DNA of 64,000 nucleotides from a virus: IMG/VR virus record IMGVR_UViG_3300028304_000465; one strand, 5' to 3'. The position numbers and the translations under genes are program-made. Shown here in pieces: positions 9,485 to 19,403 of the stretch (position 1 is its first letter; each line of letters opens with the position of its first letter). Under the pieces are notes generated by a model. It ran no database searches and was not told the origin of the DNA. It saw only the letters and a program-made list of their open reading frames with translations.

Positions 9485-9874
9485 TTACTCGATGCGTTCT
9501 CTGTTTTGGTTAATGAAGTTCAGTACCTTTTCAGGATCAGGAGCGCCGCCAGTTCGCTCCATCACCCGACCGAGGACTTCATGGTTGGACATGGCTTCTG
9601 GTGTTCCCTCCTCGAAGACCTCCTCGACCGATTCTGCAAAGTCAGGCATCTCTCGGTCGAACACCTCTTCGAGAGCGATGCGGTCCACGGTAGCCTGCGG
9701 AACATCGAGCCGTTCCGAGATGCTTGGCGTGTCCACATCAGGGATGTCGATTTCGATTTCCGAGTCGATACACAATTCGAAGGGGCCGAGGTCATCTGGT
9801 GCAGTCTTCCGCGACCGAACTGTTTCGTCTTTCCAGTCTACGATGAGGTAATAGTTGAGCGTTTTCGTTGTCAT
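9485..9874 (-). CDS. hypothetical protein (129 aa)
   Basis: Acidic ORF. Confidence 0.7.
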   Translation of the reverse strand: MTTKTLNYYLIVDWKDETVRSRKTAPDDLGPFELCIDSEIEIDIPDVDTPSISERLDVPQATVDRIALEEVFDREMPDFAESVEEVFEEGTPEAMSNHEVLGRVMERTGGAPDPEKVLNFINQNRERIE

Positions 9875-10041
9875 GGGTGTTGGCAGTTGTTGTTAGTGTG
9901 TCTTCTGACTGTTCTCTTGTCTCGCTCCATCATGAACGCAATTTCAGGTACACTGCGCCCACTCATATGGAGGTGTCTCATCGCCTCGCACTCGTGGTAT
10001 CCGACGTAGTTCTTCGCCCTTTCAGCGAAACTGCGGCTCAT
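9871..10041 (-). CDS. small HTH protein (56 aa)
   Basis: GRSVPEIAFMMERDKRTVRRH HTH-like. Confidence 0.6.
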   Translation of the reverse strand: MSRSFAERAKNYVGYHECEAMRHLHMSGRSVPEIAFMMERDKRTVRRHTNNNCQHP

Positions 10042-10499
10042 GCGTGAGCCTCGCTCCACTCGAAATACTCTGACCACCTTTCACGTAGAGATGGCTCAGA
10101 TTCTTTGCGCTTCTTCTGTTTGTTGAACTCTTCTACCATGTCCAATTTCTCGTTTGTCCATCGGTTTGACTGAAGCGCCGCCTCTCGGTCCCGAAGGTAC
10201 GGCCACGCGCTTACCACTACACGGTAGCCATCTACGTGGTAGCCAGCGATAAGCCAGTATTCTATGCCACCGAACCGCGACCAATGAAACGCGGCGCATC
10301 CATCTTTGTTATCCTTCAGATGTCCCTCACTGATGAGTCGTGCAATAACCTCACCATTAAGGAACCGCTCCGGCTCCTTCATTCGCTGAAGGAAGTGAAT
10401 GTGTAGATGGTACTTGTGGGGCTGGTGCGGGTAGTCCTGCTTACAGAACTCCCGTGACCTATCGAGGTCGATGCCACCCCCCTTTTCCCACTTGTTCAC
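10038..10499 (-). CDS. hypothetical protein (153 aa)
   Basis: Coupled ORF, aromatic-rich. Confidence 0.65.
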   Translation of the reverse strand: MNKWEKGGGIDLDRSREFCKQDYPHQPHKYHLHIHFLQRMKEPERFLNGEVIARLISEGHLKDNKDGCAAFHWSRFGGIEYWLIAGYHVDGYRVVVSAWPYLRDREAALQSNRWTNEKLDMVEEFNKQKKRKESEPSLRERWSEYFEWSEAHA

Positions 10500-10780
10500 A
10501 GTGGAATCACCCGTGCTTCCTTATCCAACATCGCCCGCTCGATGAGGCTACGAAGCACGATGCCCTCCGAAAGCGTGTCCTCGAACGCCGTGTCAGCGGC
10601 GAGTCCTTCCTCGCCCGGCGAGATGGAGACGCCGAGTTTGACTCGCTCGACGCCGTTACTGAACTCGATACGCGCCTCGTCGGGAACTTCATCGAGGTCC
10701 GTATGAGGGGATTCAGTGGCGTCTACGGTATGAGCGTAGAACGCTTCGACCGCATCGCTGAACTGCTGTACCCCACTCAT
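10496..10780 (-). CDS. hypothetical protein (94 aa)
   Basis: Acidic ORF; ATGA overlap. Confidence 0.65.
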   Translation of the reverse strand: MSGVQQFSDAVEAFYAHTVDATESPHTDLDEVPDEARIEFSNGVERVKLGVSISPGEEGLAADTAFEDTLSEGIVLRSLIERAMLDKEARVIPL

Positions 10781-10908
10781 CGGTTTAGTATCGCGTCGTG
10801 GTATCGGCCCATGATGGCACGCAGGTTAGTCGTGTTGTAGTTCTCGCGGATTCGGTCAACGTAACTTTTCTTTGCTTTCTCTCGAACGTTATTGGATACG
10901 TTTCTCAT
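10777..10908 (-). CDS. small basic protein (43 aa)
   Basis: MRNVSNNVREKAKKSYVDRIRENYNTTNLRAIMGRYHDAILNR; directly after cassette B leader. Confidence 0.55.
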   Translation of the reverse strand: MRNVSNNVREKAKKSYVDRIRENYNTTNLRAIMGRYHDAILNR

Positions 10909-11023
10909 GGTTGGTTGTGTCCCGCCGTGTTGCAGTCATCACGCCCGACAGGGTGGCGCTCAAGGAGGCCAGCATGGAATTGAACCATGCTTAGACCACT
11001 TGGCCCCGTAGGGTGTCCCTCCC
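10909..11023 (-). ncRNA. tRNA-like element plus pseudoknot leader cassette B
   Basis: GGAGG/CCTCC closing stem, T-arm AGCATGG-TTCAATT-CCATGCT, then AGCGCC-ACCCTGTCG-GGCGT...CGGCGGG-ACACAACCAACC-ATG; promoter at 11049-11058. Confidence 0.68.
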
Positions 11024-11085
11024 TATCAAACAATTGATCCGGAGAGGGTTAAATCTTTATGCCATAACCCGATGAGGGGGTTGTG

Positions 11086-11862
11086 TTATCGCTGACGAAG
11101 CTCCGCTACTAACTCCTCCACCTCATCGCGTTCTTCCTCGATGTCGCTCTGCGTTTCCTGATGGATGGGAGCGTTCGACGCGGCGTTCTTGATAGAGAGC
11201 CACCGCTCGAAGAACAACGCGAGATCGCGGTGGAGATCACGCGGAACCTCGTCTTCGAGGCCAGCTTGTCGGATGACGACAGGGATGGTGTCGCCGGAAC
11301 GACGCCGCCGCATGATCTTCTGGAGAATTTTGTTATCGAGTTCCAGCACTCCCTCGAAGTCGTCCTGATCCTCGAAGAAGACGAGTTCTTCTCCGAGGAC
11401 ACCGAAGTAGTCCACGAGCATTGCCAGTTCCACCACCCCGCAGTGACAGTAGGGACAGAACTCTGCTACCTCCGTGAGTTCGTCCGAGACGGAGAAGGCC
11501 GAGCGGATGTCGTGCTTACTATCGGAGTGTCCGTGGTTGAGGCCACACACCGGACACTCGAAGCCGCTAACCGAGGTCTGAGAAGTCATCTGTGCGGCCT
11601 CTTCGAGCAGTGCCTTCATTTCGCTGTCCACGTCTTCGTCCATTCCATCGAGGAGTCGGTCGAAGTCGTCCTCCGAAGGACCGCCGCCGGACGAGTGGTT
11701 GCCGAGGCCCCACCGCTGGATGTCGCGGCTGTCTTCGTTCACCTCGATAACGTTACCTCGTCCGTCGTCTCCCGCGAAGCGGTCACGGACGTTCTCTACG
11801 AAGTTGAAGCCGGTTTCTTCGCTCTGCGTCTCGTCGTTGCTCTCGTCGTTGATGTCGAACAT
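11086..11862 (-). CDS. acidic Zn-binding protein (258 aa)
   Basis: CPVCGLNH and CPYCHC motifs. Confidence 0.75.
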   Translation of the reverse strand: MFDINDESNDETQSEETGFNFVENVRDRFAGDDGRGNVIEVNEDSRDIQRWGLGNHSSGGGPSEDDFDRLLDGMDEDVDSEMKALLEEAAQMTSQTSVSGFECPVCGLNHGHSDSKHDIRSAFSVSDELTEVAEFCPYCHCGVVELAMLVDYFGVLGEELVFFEDQDDFEGVLELDNKILQKIMRRRRSGDTIPVVIRQAGLEDEVPRDLHRDLALFFERWLSIKNAASNAPIHQETQSDIEEERDEVEELVAELRQR

Positions 11863-11957
11863 CGGTTAGCTGTGTCCCGTCGTGATTTTATCATCACGCC
11901 CGACAGGTTGGCGCTTGAAGCCCCGGAGAGGAGTCGAACCTCCCTGCTCCTACGGGG
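11863..11957 (-). ncRNA. tRNA-like minihelix plus pseudoknot leader cassette C
   Basis: CCCCG/CGGGG stem, T-arm GGAGG-TTCGACT-CCTCT, then AGCGCC-AACCTGTCG-GGCGT...CGACGGG-ACACAGCTAACCG-ATG; starts right after the upstream stop codon. Confidence 0.68.
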
Positions 11958-13676
11958 TTAGAGGTTCTTTGCCTCTGCCGCAAGAATCATGATTCCCTGT
12001 GTTTTTTGCTTGAAGGGAGGATGACCCTCTCGCTCTTCCACTGCGTATTCGCTCTCATATCGCTCGTTGAAGAGGTCACGGACGGCGTGGGCGTTCTCCC
12101 TGCTGTCGAAGGCCGCCAACCCGTTTTTAGTCGAATCCTCGTTCCAGAGTTGGTAGTATATCATGACATTGAGGCGGTCTGAGGCTGGTTGTCCGGCTTC
12201 AGATGTTCCCACTCATACGGCTCGAAAGAGAGATTTCTCGGCGCGGCTTCTTTCTCGGTCCCCTCGACCACGGCGTCCACGTTGTTGAGTAGGCCGAGGT
12301 TCCGCATCTGTTGCTTGTTACACCCCCCTGAGTGGTGCCGCTCGTTGTCGGGGTTATACCACCCTCGGAAGCCTATCGTGAAGCCATCGGGGAAGCGGTA
12401 TCCGTAGACCGCATGACCGTAGGCTACGAGCATCGTTCCGCCCCACTCGTGTTCTTCGACTCTAACTCGTGAAGCCGAGCCGCGCGTGCTGTCCTCTCTC
12501 CACCGTCGTCCGAGTTCTGTGTAAGAGTAACTCATGTGTTTTCAACGGCCTTCTGTTTCGCATGATCGTCGTGTTTTGCTATCTTTAGGTGAACGAACCT
12601 ACCGAACAACCGAGCCGCGAATCCAACTAATTCTCGGAACTCAGACGAGTTCCGGTAGATGTCGAACATCGGTTCCTCGGGACTTGGGTGAACTGTGAGT
12701 CTGACTTCGTATCTCATGACTTAACGACCCCCGGTTTGATTGTTTGGCGCTTGTTTAATTGCCCACAGTGACCGGGCCACGAACTCCATCTCTGCGTCTG
12801 TCAGTCGGTACGTTTCACCATCGGCGGTGATGGTGCGGTTCTCGTTCCCCACATGGCTAAGGCTCATCTGATAGGCAGGCTCTGAAGAGCCTGCCCGAAC
12901 TGCGCTACCGGAGACTGTACGCGAGGTAGTCCCCGGATGAATGAACTCGTTGTCCCACGTCAGAAGCAAGTGGCCGTTGATGAGCCACCCATCATCACGC
13001 ATTTCGATACTATTTCCGAGGGCGGCGCTTTCACCGATGTAGTTCACGACTCTCTGTCGAACCACATTAGCTCGGAGCCTATCGTAGAGTCGGAGGAGCG
13101 GCGCTGGATTGCGTTCTCCATCATTTCCGTAGCAGTCCATGAGAGCATCCACCAACTCCGACTTCTGGTGTTCTCCGATGTGAAGTGGCTCCGTCTCGTC
13201 CACTTCCATCGTGTACTCCCGAGCGTCCTCACCGGGGATGAGGGTAACTCCTCGATCCTCACCGTCCAGTTGGAGGATTTCACTTCCGTCTCGAAGCACA
13301 CCCCACAGGCCGTGGTCGAAGAGCAGTCGGTTGAGGGGGGAGAGTGAGACGTTCTCAACACTCCCATCCTTGTGCTGTACCAGCATGTTCGTGTCCGTCT
13401 TGTCGAGGACTTTGTTGACGCTCATCGTTCTACCTCGGACCAGTTACCCCGAAGAACAACCTTGGTTGTGAAATGTGAGTCTTCTGGAAGTCCGCTTACG
13501 TAGTCCACTCTGTAAGGACGTATCTGCTCTACGTTGAACGGGACCGAACTGTACTCACTCAAGTACAGATGAATCTCGCTGTTACCACATGCTCGGACTG
13601 CATTATACTTCGTCTGTGATTGCAGGTACTCAACCGCTTGCCGTTGATGTTCGTTTGAGTAGGCTTCTTCAGTCAT
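11958..13676 (-). CDS. five hypothetical ORFs (11958-12212, 12161-12535, 12532-12717, 12721-13425, 13422-13676)
   Basis: Tightly coupled ORFs in the ORF track with plausible composition. Confidence 0.6.
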
Positions 13677-13680
13677 AGTT

Positions 13681-16479
13681 TTACCATGTGAGTTCGAGGC
13701 AGTTCGTAACGTTCGAGCGCAGTTCTTCGAGGTCAACCCCCTCGTCGGTGGGGTCGATACCTGCATCGTGAAGTGCGAGCAGAATCTCATTAATGCCGCC
13801 GCTGTTGTAGCTCTCCATCCAGTCGTACACGCCACTCTCGTTGTCCCACTTCGGCGTCTCTGCCTTCTGTTTGAGTTCACGCCGAGTGGAGCCACTGATT
13901 TTCGTTTCCGAGCCGGGGAAGCGAATGGGGATACGCTTCGTACTGAACCGAACAGTGAGCATTTCTCCGCTGTCAATATTGAGTAAGTGACTTCTGAAGG
14001 CGTAGGCGGCCCGCTCGAAGGTCCGAGAGTCGATGACACCTACTGTGAACTCGTCATCTTCGTTGAAAGAATAGGACAAGCTAAGTGCCTTCTTCGCGTA
14101 GAGGTTACGGAGTCGGATTGTCGTGTCGTCATCCTGAAGGAGACGCTTTTGCTTCTTCGATGTTGCGTAGAACAGCACGATCTTCTTGTTATGATTGGCC
14201 ATTTCCCCCACGGTGAGCGGTCCACCGGCCGTTGCTATAACCGTGTTTTCTGACCACTCCGTGAACTCTTCGTAGGTCATGACCCGAGGAGAGTCGATGA
14301 GAGCATCGTATTCATCGGTCGTGACCGACGTGATGGCGGCAAACCTCTGCATCGAGTAGTGGTCCGAGATGTTCTCATAGTCAGCCCCTCGGGGAAACAC
14401 TACGAAGAAGTTGTGACCGTCGATGGGATTCCCCGCCTCGATGCGGCCGTTGATCCTTTCAATAGTCCAACGATGGTCTATCTTCTTGTTCTGTGAGTTA
14501 GACCGAATCTTCAGTGTACTCTGTTCGAGAGAAGAGTTACTGCCGTCTCCCCCCTCATCGGTTTTGACAGTTTTGGTGTGTCTCTTGTGAATACTATCAG
14601 AAACGTCGAAGTCATGTTCATCACTCTGTTCCAACGGCACTTCTTTCAGGTAGCCGAACCCGAAGTGTTTCTCGTAGAAGTCGTACTCCGAAGCACTACC
14701 TAACACGATCACAGCGGCGTTGTCGTAGGTATCGTTTACAACTTGGTACTGATCCGTGAAGTTGCCTCCTGACGAGGCCGCCATGAACGTTTCATCGAGG
14801 TCGGCTTTAGCGAGGATGTTACCGAGCAGTTTCTCGGAGCGGCGCTTCTTCTTTGAGGGGTCGTGGGAGTCAGGGACAGCGTAGTCCACTTCCTCGAAGA
14901 GCTTTGCCACCTTCGCGCACATTCCGTCGTCCCAATCAGGCAGGTAGTCGCTATCCTGAAGGTAGTCCGTGATGTTATCCACGTCCATCGAGTAGGGGCC
15001 GTGGTAGTCCACCATACGGTAGAATACCACCCACTCGTCCTGATTGTCGTTCACCGCTATGGCGGGATGCTCTGCCTCCTCCATCTTCTCCGCAAAGACT
15101 CCTGCTTGTTTCTCTTCCTCGGCCTCCATCAACTTCGTTAGATACTGGAAGAACTGCTTGGCTTGACTGTCCTTCTGAAGCCTGTCACGATCTCCGGTTG
15201 GCTCGGGAAGCACGATGTCGTCCTCGTGGACCTCTGCGATGGCCTCTTCACGAGGATCGTCGGAGGGGTCTGCCACGACCATGCCGTCCTTGAAGTACAG
15301 CCCACGATGAGGGCCGTGGACAATACGGCGTTGTTCGTCGTGAATCTGAATTGCTGTATTCCAGAGCGACTTCACGTTGTGACCTGTATTGCGGTCGATT
15401 CGCATAGAGACGAGCCATGTATTTGGAGCCTTGTACGACGAAGCCACGTCAGGCCCGGCAACGATGCTGAACTCACCGGGACGGTCAACTTGGATGGGTG
15501 GGTTATTATGGTACTCTGCGATGTCGGTTCCTCCGTACTCTTCCTTCTCGATCACTCGACCGTTTTCGTGTTCGCGGTACAGCACCGGAACCCGAAGCAT
15601 CTCAGAGTACTTCGCCACCCAATCTTGGATGTTGTCGATGTTGATGCTATCCTGAATCGGAATCGTGAACCGAGTCCCTGTGAACTCTTCAGGGTCGAAC
15701 CCGTCGGGAGTTTCATCGAGTTCCTTCACACCACCGAGCTTGGCGTAGAAGTGGATACCCGAGGCATCCTTTGGTGTCTCGGGATTTACGCTTCGGGTTA
15801 GCACGTTCATGCCACCTTGCTTCCCCGTAATGTTACCGAAGGTCAGCGCTCCCATCCCCATCCGACCGCCCGTGTCGCCGTCCACGATGGCTCCGCTGTT
15901 AAGGGTCGTGTTGTAGGCTTCGACCACCTCACGGCCCGTCATGCCGATGCCGTTGTCCTCGGTCACGATCTCTCGCCCGTCTCGGTAGAGGTCGTAGGTG
16001 ATGGTGGGGTCGTACCCGATGTCTCGGGCCGCTTCGACCACAGCCGAGAGGGGTTGTGGAACCTCGATCTTCTTCAGGTCGCCCATGTCAGTTTCAGCCC
16101 ACTCCTGAAGCACCTTCTGTGGGTCGTCGTCATTCGTTACTGTTTCGCCAGTCTCGGCATGAACCCACATCGTTTGGGTGAGCGAATCAGCACCGTAGTC
16201 GGGGTGATTCCGGAGCAGGAACCGACACTTTCGAATACACGCTGTCTCGTGGTTCTGCTGGTGTTCTCGCGCCCATGCTTCGTCGCTGTCGTAAATCATG
16301 TCCGACAGCATCTCCGTAAGGCGTTCGTTGGAACTCACTTCACGCTCCACGAAGCCTGTTTCACCAGTATGCTCTTCAATCGCGCCTCCACTCTCCATCT
16401 CGAAGTCGGCGGTTCCGACGTTACCCTCTGCTTCTTCGATACGATTCGGCTCGGTCGTGTCCGGCAGGTTTTGACTCAT
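13681..16479 (-). CDS. GHKL (Hsp90/MutL-type) ATPase-domain protein, rIIA-like (932 aa)
   Basis: N-box AWAREHQQNHET, G1 TEDNGIGMT, G2 GRMGMGALT, G3 GTRFTIP. Confidence 0.75.
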   Translation of the reverse strand: MSQNLPDTTEPNRIEEAEGNVGTADFEMESGGAIEEHTGETGFVEREVSSNERLTEMLSDMIYDSDEAWAREHQQNHETACIRKCRFLLRNHPDYGADSLTQTMWVHAETGETVTNDDDPQKVLQEWAETDMGDLKKIEVPQPLSAVVEAARDIGYDPTITYDLYRDGREIVTEDNGIGMTGREVVEAYNTTLNSGAIVDGDTGGRMGMGALTFGNITGKQGGMNVLTRSVNPETPKDASGIHFYAKLGGVKELDETPDGFDPEEFTGTRFTIPIQDSINIDNIQDWVAKYSEMLRVPVLYREHENGRVIEKEEYGGTDIAEYHNNPPIQVDRPGEFSIVAGPDVASSYKAPNTWLVSMRIDRNTGHNVKSLWNTAIQIHDEQRRIVHGPHRGLYFKDGMVVADPSDDPREEAIAEVHEDDIVLPEPTGDRDRLQKDSQAKQFFQYLTKLMEAEEEKQAGVFAEKMEEAEHPAIAVNDNQDEWVVFYRMVDYHGPYSMDVDNITDYLQDSDYLPDWDDGMCAKVAKLFEEVDYAVPDSHDPSKKKRRSEKLLGNILAKADLDETFMAASSGGNFTDQYQVVNDTYDNAAVIVLGSASEYDFYEKHFGFGYLKEVPLEQSDEHDFDVSDSIHKRHTKTVKTDEGGDGSNSSLEQSTLKIRSNSQNKKIDHRWTIERINGRIEAGNPIDGHNFFVVFPRGADYENISDHYSMQRFAAITSVTTDEYDALIDSPRVMTYEEFTEWSENTVIATAGGPLTVGEMANHNKKIVLFYATSKKQKRLLQDDDTTIRLRNLYAKKALSLSYSFNEDDEFTVGVIDSRTFERAAYAFRSHLLNIDSGEMLTVRFSTKRIPIRFPGSETKISGSTRRELKQKAETPKWDNESGVYDWMESYNSGGINEILLALHDAGIDPTDEGVDLEELRSNVTNCLELTW

Positions 16480-16505
16480 GTTTGCCTCGGTAGGTTGTGT
16501 TCGTA

Positions 16506-16649
16506 TTAGTCTTCGCTCGGTTCGTGGTGGAACAATTCGACGGAGAGTTCATCCCCGGTATAGGACTCGATGAGGGTGCCGTCTTCACCGAATACTTGTA
16601 CCTCGTCTAATCCCTCGACTATCATCCAATCGTGTTCTTTGGTTTCCAT
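16506..16649 (-). CDS. hypothetical protein (47 aa)
   Basis: METKEHDW...; preceded by CACAACCAACCGAGGCAAAC leader. Confidence 0.55.
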   Translation of the reverse strand: METKEHDWMIVEGLDEVQVFGEDGTLIESYTGDELSVELFHHEPSED

Positions 16650-16873
16650 GTTTGCCTCGGTTGGTTGTGCGCCTTGGGCATCTTCCGACGGTGGTGAACC
16701 GTCTTCGAGGCGGGGGCGGCGACCTCCCCGCGAGGGGTGTGTACCCCTTTCGCCCTGAAAGACAAGTCGCACCGTGTTAATTCTTTGGGTTCTATGCTGA
16801 AGTCCTATCCGGCGCTCGTTCGTAGGTTGCTTCCTCGATGATGCCAGCGTGATATTGAGAGTAAACTTATTGT

Positions 16874-18265
16874 TTAACTCCACGTCTCGTGTTTTTCCGC
16901 GATGTGTTCGTTTCCGTCGTACTCTTCGATGGTGAACTCCACGCCGTCAGGAATTTCGACCACCTTTAGCGACGACGTTCGGGTGTTTACGTCTTCTCCA
17001 AGTGCTTTCACACAGTCGATGAGGTCGGGGTTCTGCCGAAGTTCGATGTTCCGGTGGGTGTCATCGACAAGGCGATAACGACTCCCGCGAGTTTTCCCAT
17101 ACTTGGAACTTTGGCTATCCACGAGTTCAGCGTTTGGGTCGGCTATACTACCGTTATCGTACTCCGTTACTTTCCAGTCACGGTTCTCAATTAGCCACTT
17201 GCCCGCTTCGGTACTAATTCCAAAACCACCGAAGCAGTTGTTGATGACTACTTCAGTCATCGCTTTCCTCCGGCTCGAACTTCATCACGATGCGCTCTTC
17301 TTCGTAGTCGTCATCGAGTTGCCACACGTCAGCTACGCGAAGGCCGACTTCCTCGGCGGCCTCGATGACCTTGAAGGTCATTCCCTTTCGGGGAACAGAA
17401 ACCCGAAGATAGCTTGGGTCACGGCGGTTCAGTTCAGGATTGTTCACGATGGGCCTCGACCGACTTCCGTCAGGGTGAAGCCATTCGTGGGAGGTGACAA
17501 TTGCGTGCGTTGCCTCGACATAGTTCTCAATCCGTTGTTCGGGTTGGGTTGCGCTCATGTTAGATTACCTTGAACTCGTAGCCGTTTCGCCACACGTTCT
17601 GTTTCTCGACACTCATCTCGACTGTTCCCTCGAAAATGGCGATGGTATAGCGGTCGCCGTGAATCTCTTTCACGACACCATCGACCATCTCGCCCGGATT
17701 GACACGGGCCAGTACCTCTTCGCCTTCTTGAATCGTTTTGATGCTCATGATACCCGCTCCGAAGGGTTCCGCCGATTACCGGCGTGAACGATTATCTTCG
17801 CGTTCACCCAATTCTCGAACTCGACAGGCTCCGTTTTGCTTGTCAGGAGAAAGGCATCTCCTAACTGCTCACCGTAAACCTCAGCCCGAACCACATCACC
17901 CTCCCTGCTGAAGAGGATGCCTTCGATCCGTACTACGTCGTCGCCGTTTCGATTCCAGAGGTTCTTTGCACGGTTCCGTTGTCCACTGTCGAGGGGGCCG
18001 TCCATTTCGGGCATCAGGCCACCCCATACTGCTTGTCCTTCGCTTCAAGCCAGTCCAGAAGGCCCGTGAAGTTCTCATCGGTCACACGGAACCGACCCCC
18101 TCGCTGGAGGCCACCCTGCGTGACCACCACAGAGCTGTTAACGCGGTGAAGGATGAAATCACGCCACGCTACTGCCTCGAAGTGGCCGTCAACGAGGCCC
18201 GCCACGAGGCCGATCTCTTGTTCGTCCGTTGCGTCGTCAATCCGTGAGACGTTGGTTTCCGTCAT
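16874..18265 (-). CDS. five small ORFs (16874-17260, 17253-17558, 17560-17748, 17745-18014, 18014-18265)
   Basis: Coupled acidic ORFs; 16874-17260 starts with the phage-common VINNCFGGFG motif; the operon starts at a GGGACACAACC leader. Confidence 0.65.
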
Positions 18266-18338
18266 GGTTGTGTCCCGCATGGTTGGTGCCTTACTGTCGT
18301 CAAAGACGGTCATCGGCGTATTAATTCCTTGAGCGATA

Positions 18339-19290
18339 CTACGGCGGCGACCCGGCTCGGTCGTACCTCTCGTTCAGTTCACGAAGGGTCAGTTCGTCGT
18401 TGTAGGTGTTCCCCGTGAAGGGCATCTTGATGCGACCCTCGATGATGCTGTCACCATCATTCGGGATGACCACCTCATCGACGGCAAGGGGTTCATCAAT
18501 CGAGGCCAGTCCATCCACGATGAACTGCTCACACTCACCTTCGGCCTCGAACTCTCCGAGCCATGTCTCTCCGATGCGAAGCCTCATGGTTTACACCGAT
18601 GAGGTGGGTTCCGCAATATTGTTGATAGCCCTCCCTATAGCCTCGAACTCTGCCTGTCCATCCTTACAGCCGAAGGAGTGACCCCATACTACTGTCTCCC
18701 ACGTCGGTTCTTCGAGGTTGTAGAGCAGTATCTCGGCACACTTCACTTTCTCCTCGAAGTGATGGATGTCAGGAAGCACCTCCTGATAGGCTTCGGGATC
18801 GCCCATCTTCTCCACCTCATCGGGGTCAGCAAGTTTCTGGACTTCCTCGAACACTTCGAGGGTGACTTCCGCGCCGTTCAACAGTTCCGAAGGCAGTTTG
18901 AACTCACTCATGATTAGCCCCACGTTAGGTCTACTTCATCGTTCGCTCTGGTCGGTTCAACATCCGAGAGGATGTGCGCTTCTTCGTGGCGGTCCACCCT
19001 CTTACCCTTCTTACGCTGGTTTACAGCCTCGGTTACGCTGGAGGCATGGTCGCCGTCGTAGTCGTTGAAGTTCGAGCGATGGTCCCACTCGTTTTCCTCA
19101 CTCATAGGGCAACCTCTTCGTCCCACATCGCTACTTCCGCCGGGGTTTTCGGCTGTGCTTCGAGATCGCGGTGCCGCTCCTCGCGGTGTTCGCCGCCGTC
19201 TGCCTGCGTCCCTGAAAACATGGGGTCGATGGTGAACTCGGGTTCATCTTCGCGCTGTTCTTCAATCGGGACCGCCGCGATTTCATACAT
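18339..19290 (-). CDS. four small ORFs (18339-18587, 18591-18911, 18914-19105, 19102-19290)
   Basis: Acidic coupled ORFs downstream of promoter at 19388. Confidence 0.62.
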
Positions 19291-19320
19291 GGTCTTACCT
19301 CACCTTGCACTGCACCACAA

Positions 19321-19367
19321 GCCGAGCAGGGGGCGCGATCCCCTCGGAGTCGCTAACTCACTCGGTC
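19321..19367 (-). ncRNA. mini tRNA-like element D
   Basis: CCGAGT/GCTCGG stem, GAGT-TAGCG-ACTC hairpin, AGGGG-ATCGCGC-CCCCT T-like arm; begins at the expected TSS. Confidence 0.5.
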
Positions 19368-19403
19368 AAAGAATAACCCCCAAAGGGTTAATTCTTTTGG
19401 GGC

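Noticed and set aside
10935-11900. Hammerhead core or C/D-box from GTGATGA in cassettes B and C
   Set aside because: Not CTGATGA, absent in cassette A, and no matching GAAA core or CTGA D-box.
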